In this document: positions 8,612 to 18,256 of the stretch, piece after piece
Numbering within the stretch: the stretch's first letter is position 1
Layout of the letters: the number at the start of each line of letters is the position of its first letter
Source of the DNA: Promethearchaeota archaeon
GTDB lineage: Archaea; Asgardarchaeota; Lokiarchaeia; Sigyniarchaeales; SOKP01
NCBI GenBank assembly: GCA_029838195.1
Contig: JALGVJ010000039.1
Span: 1 to 32,549, forward strand
Direction of reading: 5' to 3'
DNA length: 32,549 nucleotides
The notes under the pieces: generated by a model
Told to the model about the DNA's origin: nothing
The model's database searches: none
The model's input: the letters and a program-made list of their open reading frames with translations, nothing else
Program-made: the position numbers and the translations under genes

Positions 8612-10171
8612 ATGTATGTAGCAGCATTAGATTTGGGAACAACAGGCGGGCGAACCATGCTATATGATTTCTCCGGTACATTAATCGCAAGCGCATATCA
8701 AGAATGGAGTTCAATTTATCCATCTCCCGCATTTGTTGAGCAAGATGCGAATGCGTGGTGGGAAACCATTAAATTGACTTCTGAGGCGGCTTTGAAGAAG
8801 AGCGGAATCGATCCTTCCGAGGTGGTCTCTCTTTCCATTACCAACCAAAATTCTTGGAATTTCTCCGTGATTGGTTAAAGGGAAACCATTGTACCGGTTG
8901 ATAGAAAAGGCACGCCGCTTCATAATGCAATAGTGTGGCAAGATCGCAGGACAACAGAGCAAGTGGAATTCATTAAGAAAAAAGTAGGAATAGACAGGGT
9001 TTATAAAATTACGGGTTTAACGATTGATCCGTATTTTTCTGCCACAAAGATTCTTTGGTTTAAGGAAAAAAAACCCACCATTTATCAGAAAACACATAAA
9101 TTCTTGCTGGTATCCGACTATATCTTGTACAAACTAACAGGTAAATTTGTTTCGGATCATAGCAATCTGAGCCGGACCATGCTATTTGATATCAATAATC
9201 TCAAGTATTCAGACGAGATTGCTGCCGAATTAGAGTTAGATTTGGATAAAATGCCCGAACCCATGAAGTGTGGGGAGGAAATTGGAGAGATCATGAGTGA
9301 TGAAACGGCATTTGACAAGAAAACTTTAGTCATTACGGGAGCCGGAGATCAACAAGCGGCAGCCTTAGGCGTGGGAGTGAATGCCCCGGGCGAGATCAAG
9401 TGTACAACGGGTACGGGAAGCTTCATTTTGGCTTATTTAGAGAAACCCACGTTTGATCCTCAGAAAAGGGTATTATGCAGCTGCCATGCGATTCCCGGCA
9501 CGTGGGTTCAAGAAGCGAGCATTTTTACAACAGGAGCGGCGCTACGATGGTTTCGAGATCAAATTGGAACCGCTGAATGCTTGGAAGCAAAAGAAGGGCA
9601 AGATCCTTATGATATCATGACACGAAAAGCGGCGGAGTCCCCCATTGGAGCAAATGGACTGGTTTTTATCCCTCATTTAGTAGGTGCTGGAGCTCCTCAT
9701 TGGAATCCTTATTCAAGGGGAATATTATTCGGTTTATCACTGGGCCATCAAAGAAAAGATCTTTATCGGGCAGTACTCGAAGGTGTGGCGTTTGAAGTAA
9801 AGAAGAACATAGAGATTTTTAGGGAGTTAGGAATCAGGCCAGAAGAATTGAAGGTGACGGGAGGAGGCTCTCGTTCTGATTTATGGAACCAGATAATGGC
9901 AGACGTGTTGGGTATTACTTGTGTTAGAAACGTGATTGAAGAAGCCACCTCCTTGGGGGCAGCAATTTTAGCTGCGGCGGGTGCCGGGATTTTTCCGGAT
10001 ATTTCTAAAGCTGCCGATAATCTATGCAAGGTAGAAAAGAAATACGTGCCCAATCAAGGGCATCATGAGCTGTATGATAAATTGTATTATTTTTCGAAGG
10101 ATCTTTATACTTTATTAAATGAACACTCTGTTTACCGGAAAATTCATGACCTCAATCAAAAGGAGGAATAA
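8612..10171 (+). CDS. FGGY-family carbohydrate kinase (xylulo/glycerol kinase-like), two exons 8612-8848 and 8879-10171, 509 aa if spliced
   Basis: DLGTTGGR N-terminal motif; after removing 30 nt reads SITNQRETIVPVD..G.PLHNAIVWQDRR; also GAGDQQAA, TTGTGSF, GAGAPHW, GGGSRS. Both ORF-track fragments are in the same frame. Confidence 0.9.
8849..8878 (+). other. Candidate 30-nt BHB (tRNA-endonuclease type) mRNA intron
   Basis: Central helix AACC 8843-8846 pairs with GGTT 8873-8876; 3-nt bulges AAA 8847-8849 and AAA 8877-8879; intron hairpin 8850-8872; exon pairs CC/GG; in-frame TAA at 8876-8878. Confidence 0.78.
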
Positions 10172-10347
10172 AATAATAGATTTTTAATTTTTTAAATTTT
10201 TCTTTTCATTTTCAGTTTATTATAGGAAAACCACAATTTTATATAGATTAATTGTTATCTCTTAAAATAAGAAAAGATTAAATTTATTCAAGAAATTTAA
10301 ACATAATGATTTGAATCTTATTTGAATGAAAACAGTAGAGGAATCTC

Positions 10348-10986
10348 ATGATAAATTCAGAAGAACCTAATCCCGAACCCTCAAGATCACCGATGAAAAA
10401 GGATATTTACACGGAAACGCAAAAAAAGGTGGCAATGATTTTCTATATTGCCATTGTTATTTCTTGCATCATGACCATCGCAGGTTTAGTATACACCATT
10501 GCAGATCTCATCATGGCTGAGGGGAAATTAACACTTTTTCTCTCATTCAACATAGGATATCAAATTGCTATTGTTGGTGGCTTGCTAGCTGGACTTTTTC
10601 TCATTGTAATTCTATTTTTAGGCTTGTATAAAAAAGGCACGCAAGCAATTTTAAAGATAATTTTTAAGAAAATTGTAGTTGAAGAAAAATATCGCCATCG
10701 AATAGATGTTCAAATTGGCGCAGGAGGTTTATTGTTAAGCGTGATAGCAATTATTTTAGGCTTGGCAATTTCCATCATTTATGAGGTACTAATAGGTTCT
10801 TCAGATGCGACGAGTCCAACAATAGCAAATTTATTAAGCACGTTTTCTCAAGGTCAAGTCTTATTATTCATTTCAATAATAGTCTTTTCCTTCGTGGGCC
10901 TTTCCATTTTTATCGTTTATTTCTGGAATAACGGCTACTATTTAATCTTGAAACTTGTGGGTGGATTAGAGGAGGAAAAAAAATAA
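10348..10986 (+). CDS. Hypothetical membrane protein (about 4 TM, two-fold internal repeat)
   Basis: Four long hydrophobic segments; the halves end in LYKKGTQAILKII and FWNNGYYLILKLV. Confidence 0.75.
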   Translation: MINSEEPNPEPSRSPMKKDIYTETQKKVAMIFYIAIVISCIMTIAGLVYTIADLIMAEGKLTLFLSFNIGYQIAIVGGLLAGLFLIVILFLGLYKKGTQAILKIIFKKIVVEEKYRHRIDVQIGAGGLLLSVIAIILGLAISIIYEVLIGSSDATSPTIANLLSTFSQGQVLLFISIIVFSFVGLSIFIVYFWNNGYYLILKLVGGLEEEKK

Positions 10987-11130
10987 GGTAAGAAGGATTA
11001 TTCTTTTTTTTAGTTCTTGTTTTTGCGAGAGATTTAATTTAATAAATCATCTGCCCCATGGTCTTTAAATTTACTTTTTTTTTCCTCTATTTTAATTGCG
11101 ATAAAATCTCAAATAAATGGGAAAAGGTAA

Positions 11131-12657
11131 ATGTCAATAAAAGTGGGCACGGTATTCAATTTCAGCCAATTACCGGATGTTTCCAAATTTCCCTTCGTAA
11201 TAAATAAGTCGAATAAAAGATCCCCGGTAAGAAAGGGGCTGTTTGTTCACACGCATTCAGAAGAAGGATATTTGATTGGTGTAATAGAGAGAATTCTTCT
11301 TTTGAATGAGTATTTTTCTGATGCTCTCACGATAAAAGCCTATAATAATAATAACAATCCCAATATTTTGCGAGGGTTATTTCCCACTGAAGAATTTGAG
11401 TCAGCCATAGCAATAGTGAATTGTTTAGGGATTATAGAATTTGAGGAGGATGGAAAGGAAAAGAATATAAAAAAAATAAAAAGGATGAGTTATCCCGCTA
11501 CTCCTGGAGCGGGAGTTTTTCTAATTGAGGAAGAGATTCTTAATAGATTTTTAGGATTAGATCCTTTACACGGATTACACATTGGAAAGATCAAAGGTTC
11601 TACTCATGAAGTTAAAATTAACATGGATCGTTTACTGAACAAGCATTTTGCTATTCTTTCAATTTCGGGGGGAGGAAAAAGTTATTTAACATCTATTCTC
11701 ATAGAAGAGCTTCTTTCACGAGAAGAGGAATTAGGAACTCCTTCCATTATTTTAATAGATGTTCATGGTGAATATTCTTATTTAGAACAAATTCAAGCCC
11801 TGCAGGGAAAAGTTCATGTTCAAAATACATCATATTTTCAAATTGCCGTGCCAAAATTAAATGCATGGGGTTTTAAGAAATATCAAGATCAGATTTCTAA
11901 TGTTCAAGTTAGAGAACTTTCAAAATATCTTGAAAATATTAGAAAAGATAAGGAATTAAAAGGAACATTTTCCATTTCCCATATAATAGAACAAATTGAG
12001 AATGATCCGGGAGGTAATAAAAATACCAAGCAAGCATTAATTGGATGGCTAGAAGAATTGAACCGGTTAAATTTATTCGGAACACAAGAGAATCCGAACA
12101 TGAAGGAATTATTAAAACAAGGAGAGATCACGATTTTTTCCTTTCAACAAGAAATCAATTTGAGGAAAAAACAGATAATGTTAGATTATATCTGCAATCG
12201 CTTGTTTTATTTAAGGAGAGTGGATAAAATCCCCCCCTTTTTATTGATCATTGAGGAAGCGCATCAATTTTGTCCCGAAGCTGCTGAATCAAAGGCTATT
12301 TCCAAATCGATCATCGAAACCATCGCTCGAGAGGGGAGAAAATTCATGGCGTGTTTATGCTTGATTTCGCAACGTCCAAAAAAGCTAAGTACTACGGTGC
12401 TTTCTCAGTGTAATTCTAAAATGATTTTAAATATAAAAAACCCACATGATCTCAAGCATCTCATGGACAGTTCGGAAGCCATTACAAGAGAACACGCAAA
12501 TCTCATTTCGAGTCTTGGAGTAGGCGAGGTCTTACTCATGGGAAATGCGGTAAATCATCCCATATTTATCGAAGTAAGAGAGAGGAAATATCCCTCTTCG
12601 CTTGAATCCATATCTCTTTCCATAACCTGCGCCAAATGGACAAGGATGAACAATTAA
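11131..12657 (+). CDS. HerA/DUF87-family ATPase (helicase/translocase)
   Basis: HFAILSISGGGKS Walker A, IDVHGEY, IIEEAHQF Walker B, IAREGRKF, SQRP, LSQCN; N-terminal HAS-barrel-like region. Confidence 0.88.
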   Translation: MSIKVGTVFNFSQLPDVSKFPFVINKSNKRSPVRKGLFVHTHSEEGYLIGVIERILLLNEYFSDALTIKAYNNNNNPNILRGLFPTEEFESAIAIVNCLGIIEFEEDGKEKNIKKIKRMSYPATPGAGVFLIEEEILNRFLGLDPLHGLHIGKIKGSTHEVKINMDRLLNKHFAILSISGGGKSYLTSILIEELLSREEELGTPSIILIDVHGEYSYLEQIQALQGKVHVQNTSYFQIAVPKLNAWGFKKYQDQISNVQVRELSKYLENIRKDKELKGTFSISHIIEQIENDPGGNKNTKQALIGWLEELNRLNLFGTQENPNMKELLKQGEITIFSFQQEINLRKKQIMLDYICNRLFYLRRVDKIPPFLLIIEEAHQFCPEAAESKAISKSIIETIAREGRKFMACLCLISQRPKKLSTTVLSQCNSKMILNIKNPHDLKHLMDSSEAITREHANLISSLGVGEVLLMGNAVNHPIFIEVRERKYPSSLESISLSITCAKWTRMNN

Positions 12658-12929
12658 GTAATGTCTTCCAATACTTCCTCGCTAAGAGAAGGAGTATTCT
12701 TCTTTAAAACGATCATTTTTTTAGTATTAGAGACCCGAAACACGTTTATTATGTTCATGGCTTCCATTTTAAGGAAGATTTCCTCAAGTTGGATGCTCGT
12801 TATGGAAAATTCTTTTTTCAATAATTCTTCAAGCCTTTTATCAAGGATTTCTCCTTTATTTTTGACGAGAATGTCCACTATAGCATTCATTATGGGTTTT
12901 ATATTCCATCTAAATTCCATTTTAACCAA
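12654..12929 (-). CDS. Small hypothetical protein, winged-helix-like
   Basis: 91 aa directly downstream of and co-directional with cdc48; helix pattern then LKMEAMNIINV and a terminal beta hairpin. Alternative ATG start at 12920. Confidence 0.65.
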   Translation of the reverse strand: MVKMEFRWNIKPIMNAIVDILVKNKGEILDKRLEELLKKEFSITSIQLEEIFLKMEAMNIINVFRVSNTKKMIVLKKNTPSLSEEVLEDIT

Positions 12930-13041
12930 CCTTTTTACTTTTTTTTAATTATTTTTTATTCTTTTTTTTTCTATATTTAAGCTTAAATGAAAAAAAGTTT
13001 AAAAGCATAAAAGAGTAAGAAAAGTTGACCTTACTTCTTGA

Positions 13042-15279
13042 TCATACAAACAATCCTTCCTCTTTTTGTTTTTCAATCCGCCTTCTTTTTAATTTTTCAC
13101 TAAATTCTTCATACCATTTGATGATTTCCGGCGTGATTGATTTTGAAATCATTTTACTTGCTTCGATAAAATGGTCAAGACTGACCACTCTCGCCCGAAT
13201 ATTTTCCCTTAAGGCGTTCATGGCCGCTTCACGGCACCAAGATTCTATATCAGCTCCAGAAAAGCCTTCTGTCATATCAATTAAATCTTCTATTTTCAAA
13301 TTGGAGGCTAAGGGCATTTTGTCCGTGAAAATTTTTAAGATTTCTAATCGCCCTTCTCTGTCAGGAGGGGGAACGAGAAGGATTCTATCAATCCGTCCCG
13401 GCCGAATGAGGGCAGGATCTAAAATATCTGGTCGATTTGTTGCCGCAATCACCACGATATCCTTGTTAATTTCAAGGCCATCTAATTCCGTTAAAAATTG
13501 CGATAATACTTTTTCTGTTACGCCTGAATCTGACGTATATCGACCCCGACTCGGAGCAATTGAATCAAATTCATCAAAAAATATGATACAAGGCGCTGCC
13601 ATTTTTGCCTTCCGAAAGATTTCTCGAATTGCTTTTTCACTTTCTCCAACCCATTTGGACAGAAGTTCTGGTCCTTTAATGGATATGAAATTTGCCTTGC
13701 TCTCCGTTGCCACAGCCCTGGCTAATAGTGTTTTTCCACAGCCAGGTGGCCCATATAATAAAATTCCTTTAGGTGGCCGAATTCCCATGCGGTTAAATAT
13801 TTGCGGATTGGATAAGGGCCACTCCACCGCCTCTATTAATCGTTGCTTTAAATCATCCAAACCTCCGATTTGTTCCCATTTCACATTTGGAACTTCAACA
13901 AATACTTCTCTAATACCCGAAGGCATCACTTCTTTTAGAGCAACATCAAAATCTTCTTTTGTGACTTCTATTTCCTCCAGTAATTCAGGGTCTATTATTT
14001 CTGACTCCAAGTTAATCTTGGGAAGATACCGTCTAAGGGCGGACATCGCTGCTTCACGACAGACAGCGGATATATCCGCTCCCACAAAACCGTGCGTGAT
14101 TTTAGCATATTCTTTTAATGAAATTTTTTTATCTAATGGCATGTTTCTCGTATGAATTTGAAAGATCTCTAATCGCCCTTTCTCATTAGGGACTTTTATT
14201 TCTATTTCTCGATCAAATCGACCAGGTCTTCTGAGCGCTGAATCTAAACTATTAGGCCTATTAGTCGCTCCTATTACAATTACTCTTCCTCGAGAGTGCA
14301 ATCCATCCATGAGAGCCAATAACTGGGCAACCACCCTACGTTCTACTTCACCCGTGACAGTTTCCCGCTTGGGCGCAATGGCATCAATCTCATCAATGAA
14401 AATGATGGATGGACTTTTTTCTTCGGCTTCAATAAATATTTTTCGCAATTTTTTTTCAGATTCGCCATAAAACTTGCTCATTATTTCAGGTCCATTAATT
14501 GAAATAAAATGAGCTTCACTTTCATTAGCAACGGCTCGAGCCAGCAATGTTTTTCCACATCCCGGAGGACCTCTTAATAACACGCCTTTTGGAGGATCAA
14601 TGCCTAACCGTTTAAACAAGCTAGGATGTCGCAATGGTAATTCCACCATTTCTCGCACTTTCTGTATCTCTTTATCCAGACCTCCCACATCTTCATAGGT
14701 AACATAAGTTACACCTTTCTCTTCTTCTTCGGTGACGTATTCACTAATATGTAAGGCTGTTTCCGGTTTTATGATGCACACCCCTTTTGGTCGCAAGCTA
14801 ATTACTTTAAACGTGATTTCTCGACTAATACCAATGGAAATTAAGATGATATCATCGAGAGTAACCGGAAAATTATTCAATTTTCTCTTAACAAACGTCT
14901 CAAATCGCGGATTCGTGCGTATTCTCACGTTAGCCGGAGCCAATACAATAGAATGAGCGATATTGGCTTTAACTTTTCTAATTTCCACCGTATCATCTAT
15001 GCTGCAGCCAGTATTTTTTCTCAGGCGTGAATCAAATCGAACGATGCCTAACCCATTATCTTGAGGGTATGAAGGCCATGCAATGCCCGCGCTCTCTTTT
15101 TTACCCACGACAGCGATGACATCGCCCGTGTTAATGTTTAATTTTTCCATGGTTTTTGGATCGATTCGGATGATGTTTCTTCCGATATCCCTTTTTTTTG
15201 CTTTTTGTACCCGCAAGATCACCCTGGTATTATCATCAGCTCTTTTTTTTTCATTACTATTGCTGTCTTTTGAAGCCAT
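13042..15279 (-). CDS. cdc48: CDC48/VCP/VAT family AAA+ ATPase
   Basis: N-domain plus two AAA modules (GPPGCGKT twice, IFIDEID / IFFDEFD, RRPGRFDR / RPGRIDR). Confidence 0.97.
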   Translation of the reverse strand: MASKDSNSNEKKRADDNTRVILRVQKAKKRDIGRNIIRIDPKTMEKLNINTGDVIAVVGKKESAGIAWPSYPQDNGLGIVRFDSRLRKNTGCSIDDTVEIRKVKANIAHSIVLAPANVRIRTNPRFETFVKRKLNNFPVTLDDIILISIGISREITFKVISLRPKGVCIIKPETALHISEYVTEEEEKGVTYVTYEDVGGLDKEIQKVREMVELPLRHPSLFKRLGIDPPKGVLLRGPPGCGKTLLARAVANESEAHFISINGPEIMSKFYGESEKKLRKIFIEAEEKSPSIIFIDEIDAIAPKRETVTGEVERRVVAQLLALMDGLHSRGRVIVIGATNRPNSLDSALRRPGRFDREIEIKVPNEKGRLEIFQIHTRNMPLDKKISLKEYAKITHGFVGADISAVCREAAMSALRRYLPKINLESEIIDPELLEEIEVTKEDFDVALKEVMPSGIREVFVEVPNVKWEQIGGLDDLKQRLIEAVEWPLSNPQIFNRMGIRPPKGILLYGPPGCGKTLLARAVATESKANFISIKGPELLSKWVGESEKAIREIFRKAKMAAPCIIFFDEFDSIAPSRGRYTSDSGVTEKVLSQFLTELDGLEINKDIVVIAATNRPDILDPALIRPGRIDRILLVPPPDREGRLEILKIFTDKMPLASNLKIEDLIDMTEGFSGADIESWCREAAMNALRENIRARVVSLDHFIEASKMISKSITPEIIKWYEEFSEKLKRRRIEKQKEEGLFV

Positions 15280-15405
15280 GACTTATCGAATCTGAAAAAG
15301 ATGTAATTTTTATTATGGATAAATAAATAATGATCGTGTAAAAAATTTACTATTTCTTTCTTTTATGGCAATAATTTGTACATTTAAGAGAGCGTTCCAA
15401 TTTAA

Positions 15406-16458
15406 TTAACCATGAAAAAATTTATCCAATGTAAGCTGAGTAGAACTGGAGTCTAACTTTTTCAAGCGTTCCAATGCATTTTCTACCCGCTGTTTTGAGA
15501 AATCATGAACGTCTACCAATAATTCTATGACTTTATCATAATTTACCTTGTTCCATTTTAGGGAAGGATAATCTTTATTTATTTTAGGGTTCAAGAATAA
15601 ATCTCTTAATTGTTCGATGAGATCTGGGGTTAAATCCTTTAATTTTTCTTTTAATGAACTCTCATTTTTAATGATCTCTTCAAGGGAACCGTATTTTTTA
15701 ATTAAATCTAAGGCTTTATGTTGACCAATGCCCTTAATCCCGGGGAAAAAATCGGTGCCAATTAAAATTCCCATGTCTATGAGTTGTCTTCGAGTAATTT
15801 CGTGTTTTTCAAGGAATTTGGATAAGGAAATATATTCAATATCTAACGTTACAGTAGTTTGTTTAACTTTTTTACTCCTTCCGATGGCAAAATTTCGCAA
15901 TAATCTCTTTCCTCCAAACAATAGAGTATCATAATCTTGAGATGCACACGCCCATGCATCTCCTTTTTCCACTAAATAAGCGGATTGTGCTTCTCCTTCA
16001 GATTTTGCCTCGACGACGGGAATACCCATATAGGTGAGCAATTTTTTGCTTTCTTCAATCATATACGAGTCTAATTTTGACGTCATTTGCGCATATTTTT
16101 TTGCCTCTGCGAAATCTTCCTCATCTTGGGCCTTGAGCATTTTTTCTCTCGCTTCTTTTTTGATTTGCCTGCGTTCTTTTAGAGTTTCAAGTTTAAGGAT
16201 GGTAGGTTCTCCATCAAAAACGTAGATCGGTTTAATATTATATTCAATAAAATTTATCGTTCGATAGAATAAACCGGATAAATGAGAAGTGACGTTTCCC
16301 TTATAATCTTTCAAGGGAGTGCCATCATGCTGACGGATTATCGCTAAAAATTGATATATTGTATTAAAAGCATCTATGGCAATCTTGCGATTATTCAAAT
16401 TTTCGAAGGTAATGGGACGTTTTATTTCATTTACTAACTCATTTATTTTAATTCCCAT
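15406..16458 (-). CDS. fen: Flap endonuclease 1
   Basis: IAIDAFNTIYQFL, TSHLSGLFYRT, YVFDG, EGEAQ, SQDYDTLLFG, GTDF.PGIKGIG; C-terminal PIP box QLTLDKFF. Confidence 0.97.
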   Translation of the reverse strand: MGIKINELVNEIKRPITFENLNNRKIAIDAFNTIYQFLAIIRQHDGTPLKDYKGNVTSHLSGLFYRTINFIEYNIKPIYVFDGEPTILKLETLKERRQIKKEAREKMLKAQDEEDFAEAKKYAQMTSKLDSYMIEESKKLLTYMGIPVVEAKSEGEAQSAYLVEKGDAWACASQDYDTLLFGGKRLLRNFAIGRSKKVKQTTVTLDIEYISLSKFLEKHEITRRQLIDMGILIGTDFFPGIKGIGQHKALDLIKKYGSLEEIIKNESSLKEKLKDLTPDLIEQLRDLFLNPKINKDYPSLKWNKVNYDKVIELLVDVHDFSKQRVENALERLKKLDSSSTQLTLDKFFHG

Positions 16459-16665
16459 TTTAATATCGCCTCTTTAATAATCTCACCATACCATTAACGA
16501 TCAATGCAAGAGAATTTATAATTATAATCATTAAATTTTTAATTTCAAAGGATTTAAATTTATATTTTTAAACCTTACATGATAATTCAGGAATTAATTA
16601 TTTTTCTCACTCATTTTACCTTTCATAGAAAAAATCAGAAAATTTTCTGGTTGTTTGAATTCCAT

Positions 16666-17223
16666 TTAAATGGGCCTTCTTAAGATTCTCGAACCACAAA
16701 TTTCACATTTTTGCTTGAATAACTCTGGTTCATAAATAGTATTGCATACCGGACAATATGCTTGCCACGTGATTTTTTTTGATATTCCATTTTTTTTCAC
16801 GGAAGAAAAAGGAAGGTTCATGTGAATGCACACGTTTTCCATAGAATAATCATTTGTATAAAGAATCACGGGAAGTTCTTGCGTTTCCCTTAGTTCTAAG
16901 GTCAAGGCGAGAAGTTCTTTATCAGCTTGAGACAGGGCTTGGACATCTCCTGTTTTTTTAGAGTGCTCTTCAACCACTTGAAGGTATTTTTTAGAAGGTT
17001 CTTTAACATTTAATTTTTTGCCTAAAATAGCCGCTTGAAGAATGTTAAGGATGTTTCTATTTTTTTCCTTGTATTTTTCCACTTCAATTTCATCTATAAT
17101 AGAGGGCGTGGTAAAAAGAAGGGCCTCCATGAGATTAATATTTACTCCTAAAAAGAGCACGTTCGCATCCAAAACAAATATTTTATCCGCTTTCTTATTC
17201 TTCACGTGTTCTGGCTGAGGCAT
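16666..17223 (-). CDS. nob1: Nob1-type PIN-domain endoribonuclease with Zn ribbon
   Basis: VLDAN, TGD...LS.AD..LLAL, TNDYSMENV, C-terminal CPVC...CEICGS. Confidence 0.88.
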   Translation of the reverse strand: MPQPEHVKNKKADKIFVLDANVLFLGVNINLMEALLFTTPSIIDEIEVEKYKEKNRNILNILQAAILGKKLNVKEPSKKYLQVVEEHSKKTGDVQALSQADKELLALTLELRETQELPVILYTNDYSMENVCIHMNLPFSSVKKNGISKKITWQAYCPVCNTIYEPELFKQKCEICGSRILRRPI

Positions 17224-18130
17224 TTATGGGTGGCCCCCTATACGTGCCAATTATTTTTTTCCTTAATCTTTTAATATAATTTTCATCTAAGCTTCGAGAT
17301 AATCGAATGAATTGAACATGTGAATTCGCCTTTCTTATCTTGATAATAGTATTTGGTTGTAAAGCCTTAATGGTTTGTTGACCGTCTATGATAATTTTCG
17401 CTAAAATTCTAGGTCGTAATAATTTTATCCCAATTTCACTGTCTATGGGTAATACAATGGGTTTTAATCCGGAACGTGCGTAAGCATTAAGCGGCGTGAT
17501 TTGCATGATGTCTAACCGAGGACTGACAATTGCCCCTCCCGCACTTAAATTATAAGCCGTAGAACCTGTAGATGTAGATATGATCACTCCATCCAAATAA
17601 CTACGATTAAGAAATTGACCATTTACCTTGATAGAAATTTGCATTATTTTTGAGGCTTTCGATGATACAATTAGAATTTCATTTAATGCGTTATTCAATT
17701 TAATTTCTTTAGCATTCTTCTTGATAATATAGGCCGTAATTTTAGAGCATTTTTCTATAATATATTTTCCTTCCAAGACTTTTTCCAAATCGTTCAGAAC
17801 AGTTCTCTCATTCGATTCATCCAAAAATCCAACAGAACCAATGTTTACTCCAAAAATGGGGGGTGCATTCTTTTGATTTAATCCTTGAGCCACTCGAAGT
17901 AAAGTACCATCTCCTCCCACGGAAATCAAGAATTTAGTATTTTGAGAGGTCATCTCATTTAAATCTTTTCCATCTAAGGGAAAGATTTTAGGAGCTATCC
18001 GCGTTTCAAGAAAAACTCTTTCTTTTTTCTGTTTGATGAGATAATTATAAATCTTTTTCGTTAAATTTAATGCTCTATCGGAATCCATCCGGCATGCTAA
18101 GGCAATGGCTCTTTCATCCATGAATACCAA
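17195..18130 (-). CDS. nadK: NAD(+) kinase
   Basis: GGDGTLL, GVNIGSVGFL, ALNE, DGVIISTSTGSTAYNLSAGG. Start is TTG 18130 or ATG 18121. Confidence 0.93.
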   Translation of the reverse strand: MVFMDERAIALACRMDSDRALNLTKKIYNYLIKQKKERVFLETRIAPKIFPLDGKDLNEMTSQNTKFLISVGGDGTLLRVAQGLNQKNAPPIFGVNIGSVGFLDESNERTVLNDLEKVLEGKYIIEKCSKITAYIIKKNAKEIKLNNALNEILIVSSKASKIMQISIKVNGQFLNRSYLDGVIISTSTGSTAYNLSAGGAIVSPRLDIMQITPLNAYARSGLKPIVLPIDSEIGIKLLRPRILAKIIIDGQQTIKALQPNTIIKIRKANSHVQFIRLSRSLDENYIKRLRKKIIGTYRGPPINASARTREE

Positions 18131-18256
18131 AACTCATTAAGGAAATTTTATTAAACTTAATCTATTTAAAAAATATTCTCCTAAATAAAAATAAAAATTA
18201 TGCTTTATAATAAAAAAAGATCGGTATTTCTATTTTTTAATTACGCATGTCTCAAC

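Noticed and set aside
8612-10171. Reading the kinase as two genes, a simple nonsense pseudogene, or stop readthrough
   Set aside because: The break is a clean 30-nt in-frame insert inside a conserved motif with BHB geometry and no other lesions. Readthrough would leave 10 extra residues in TNQRET, and TAA is not a Sec/Pyl codon.
13025-14155. 376-aa plus-strand ORF
   Set aside because: Antisense shadow of cdc48 with no independent motifs.
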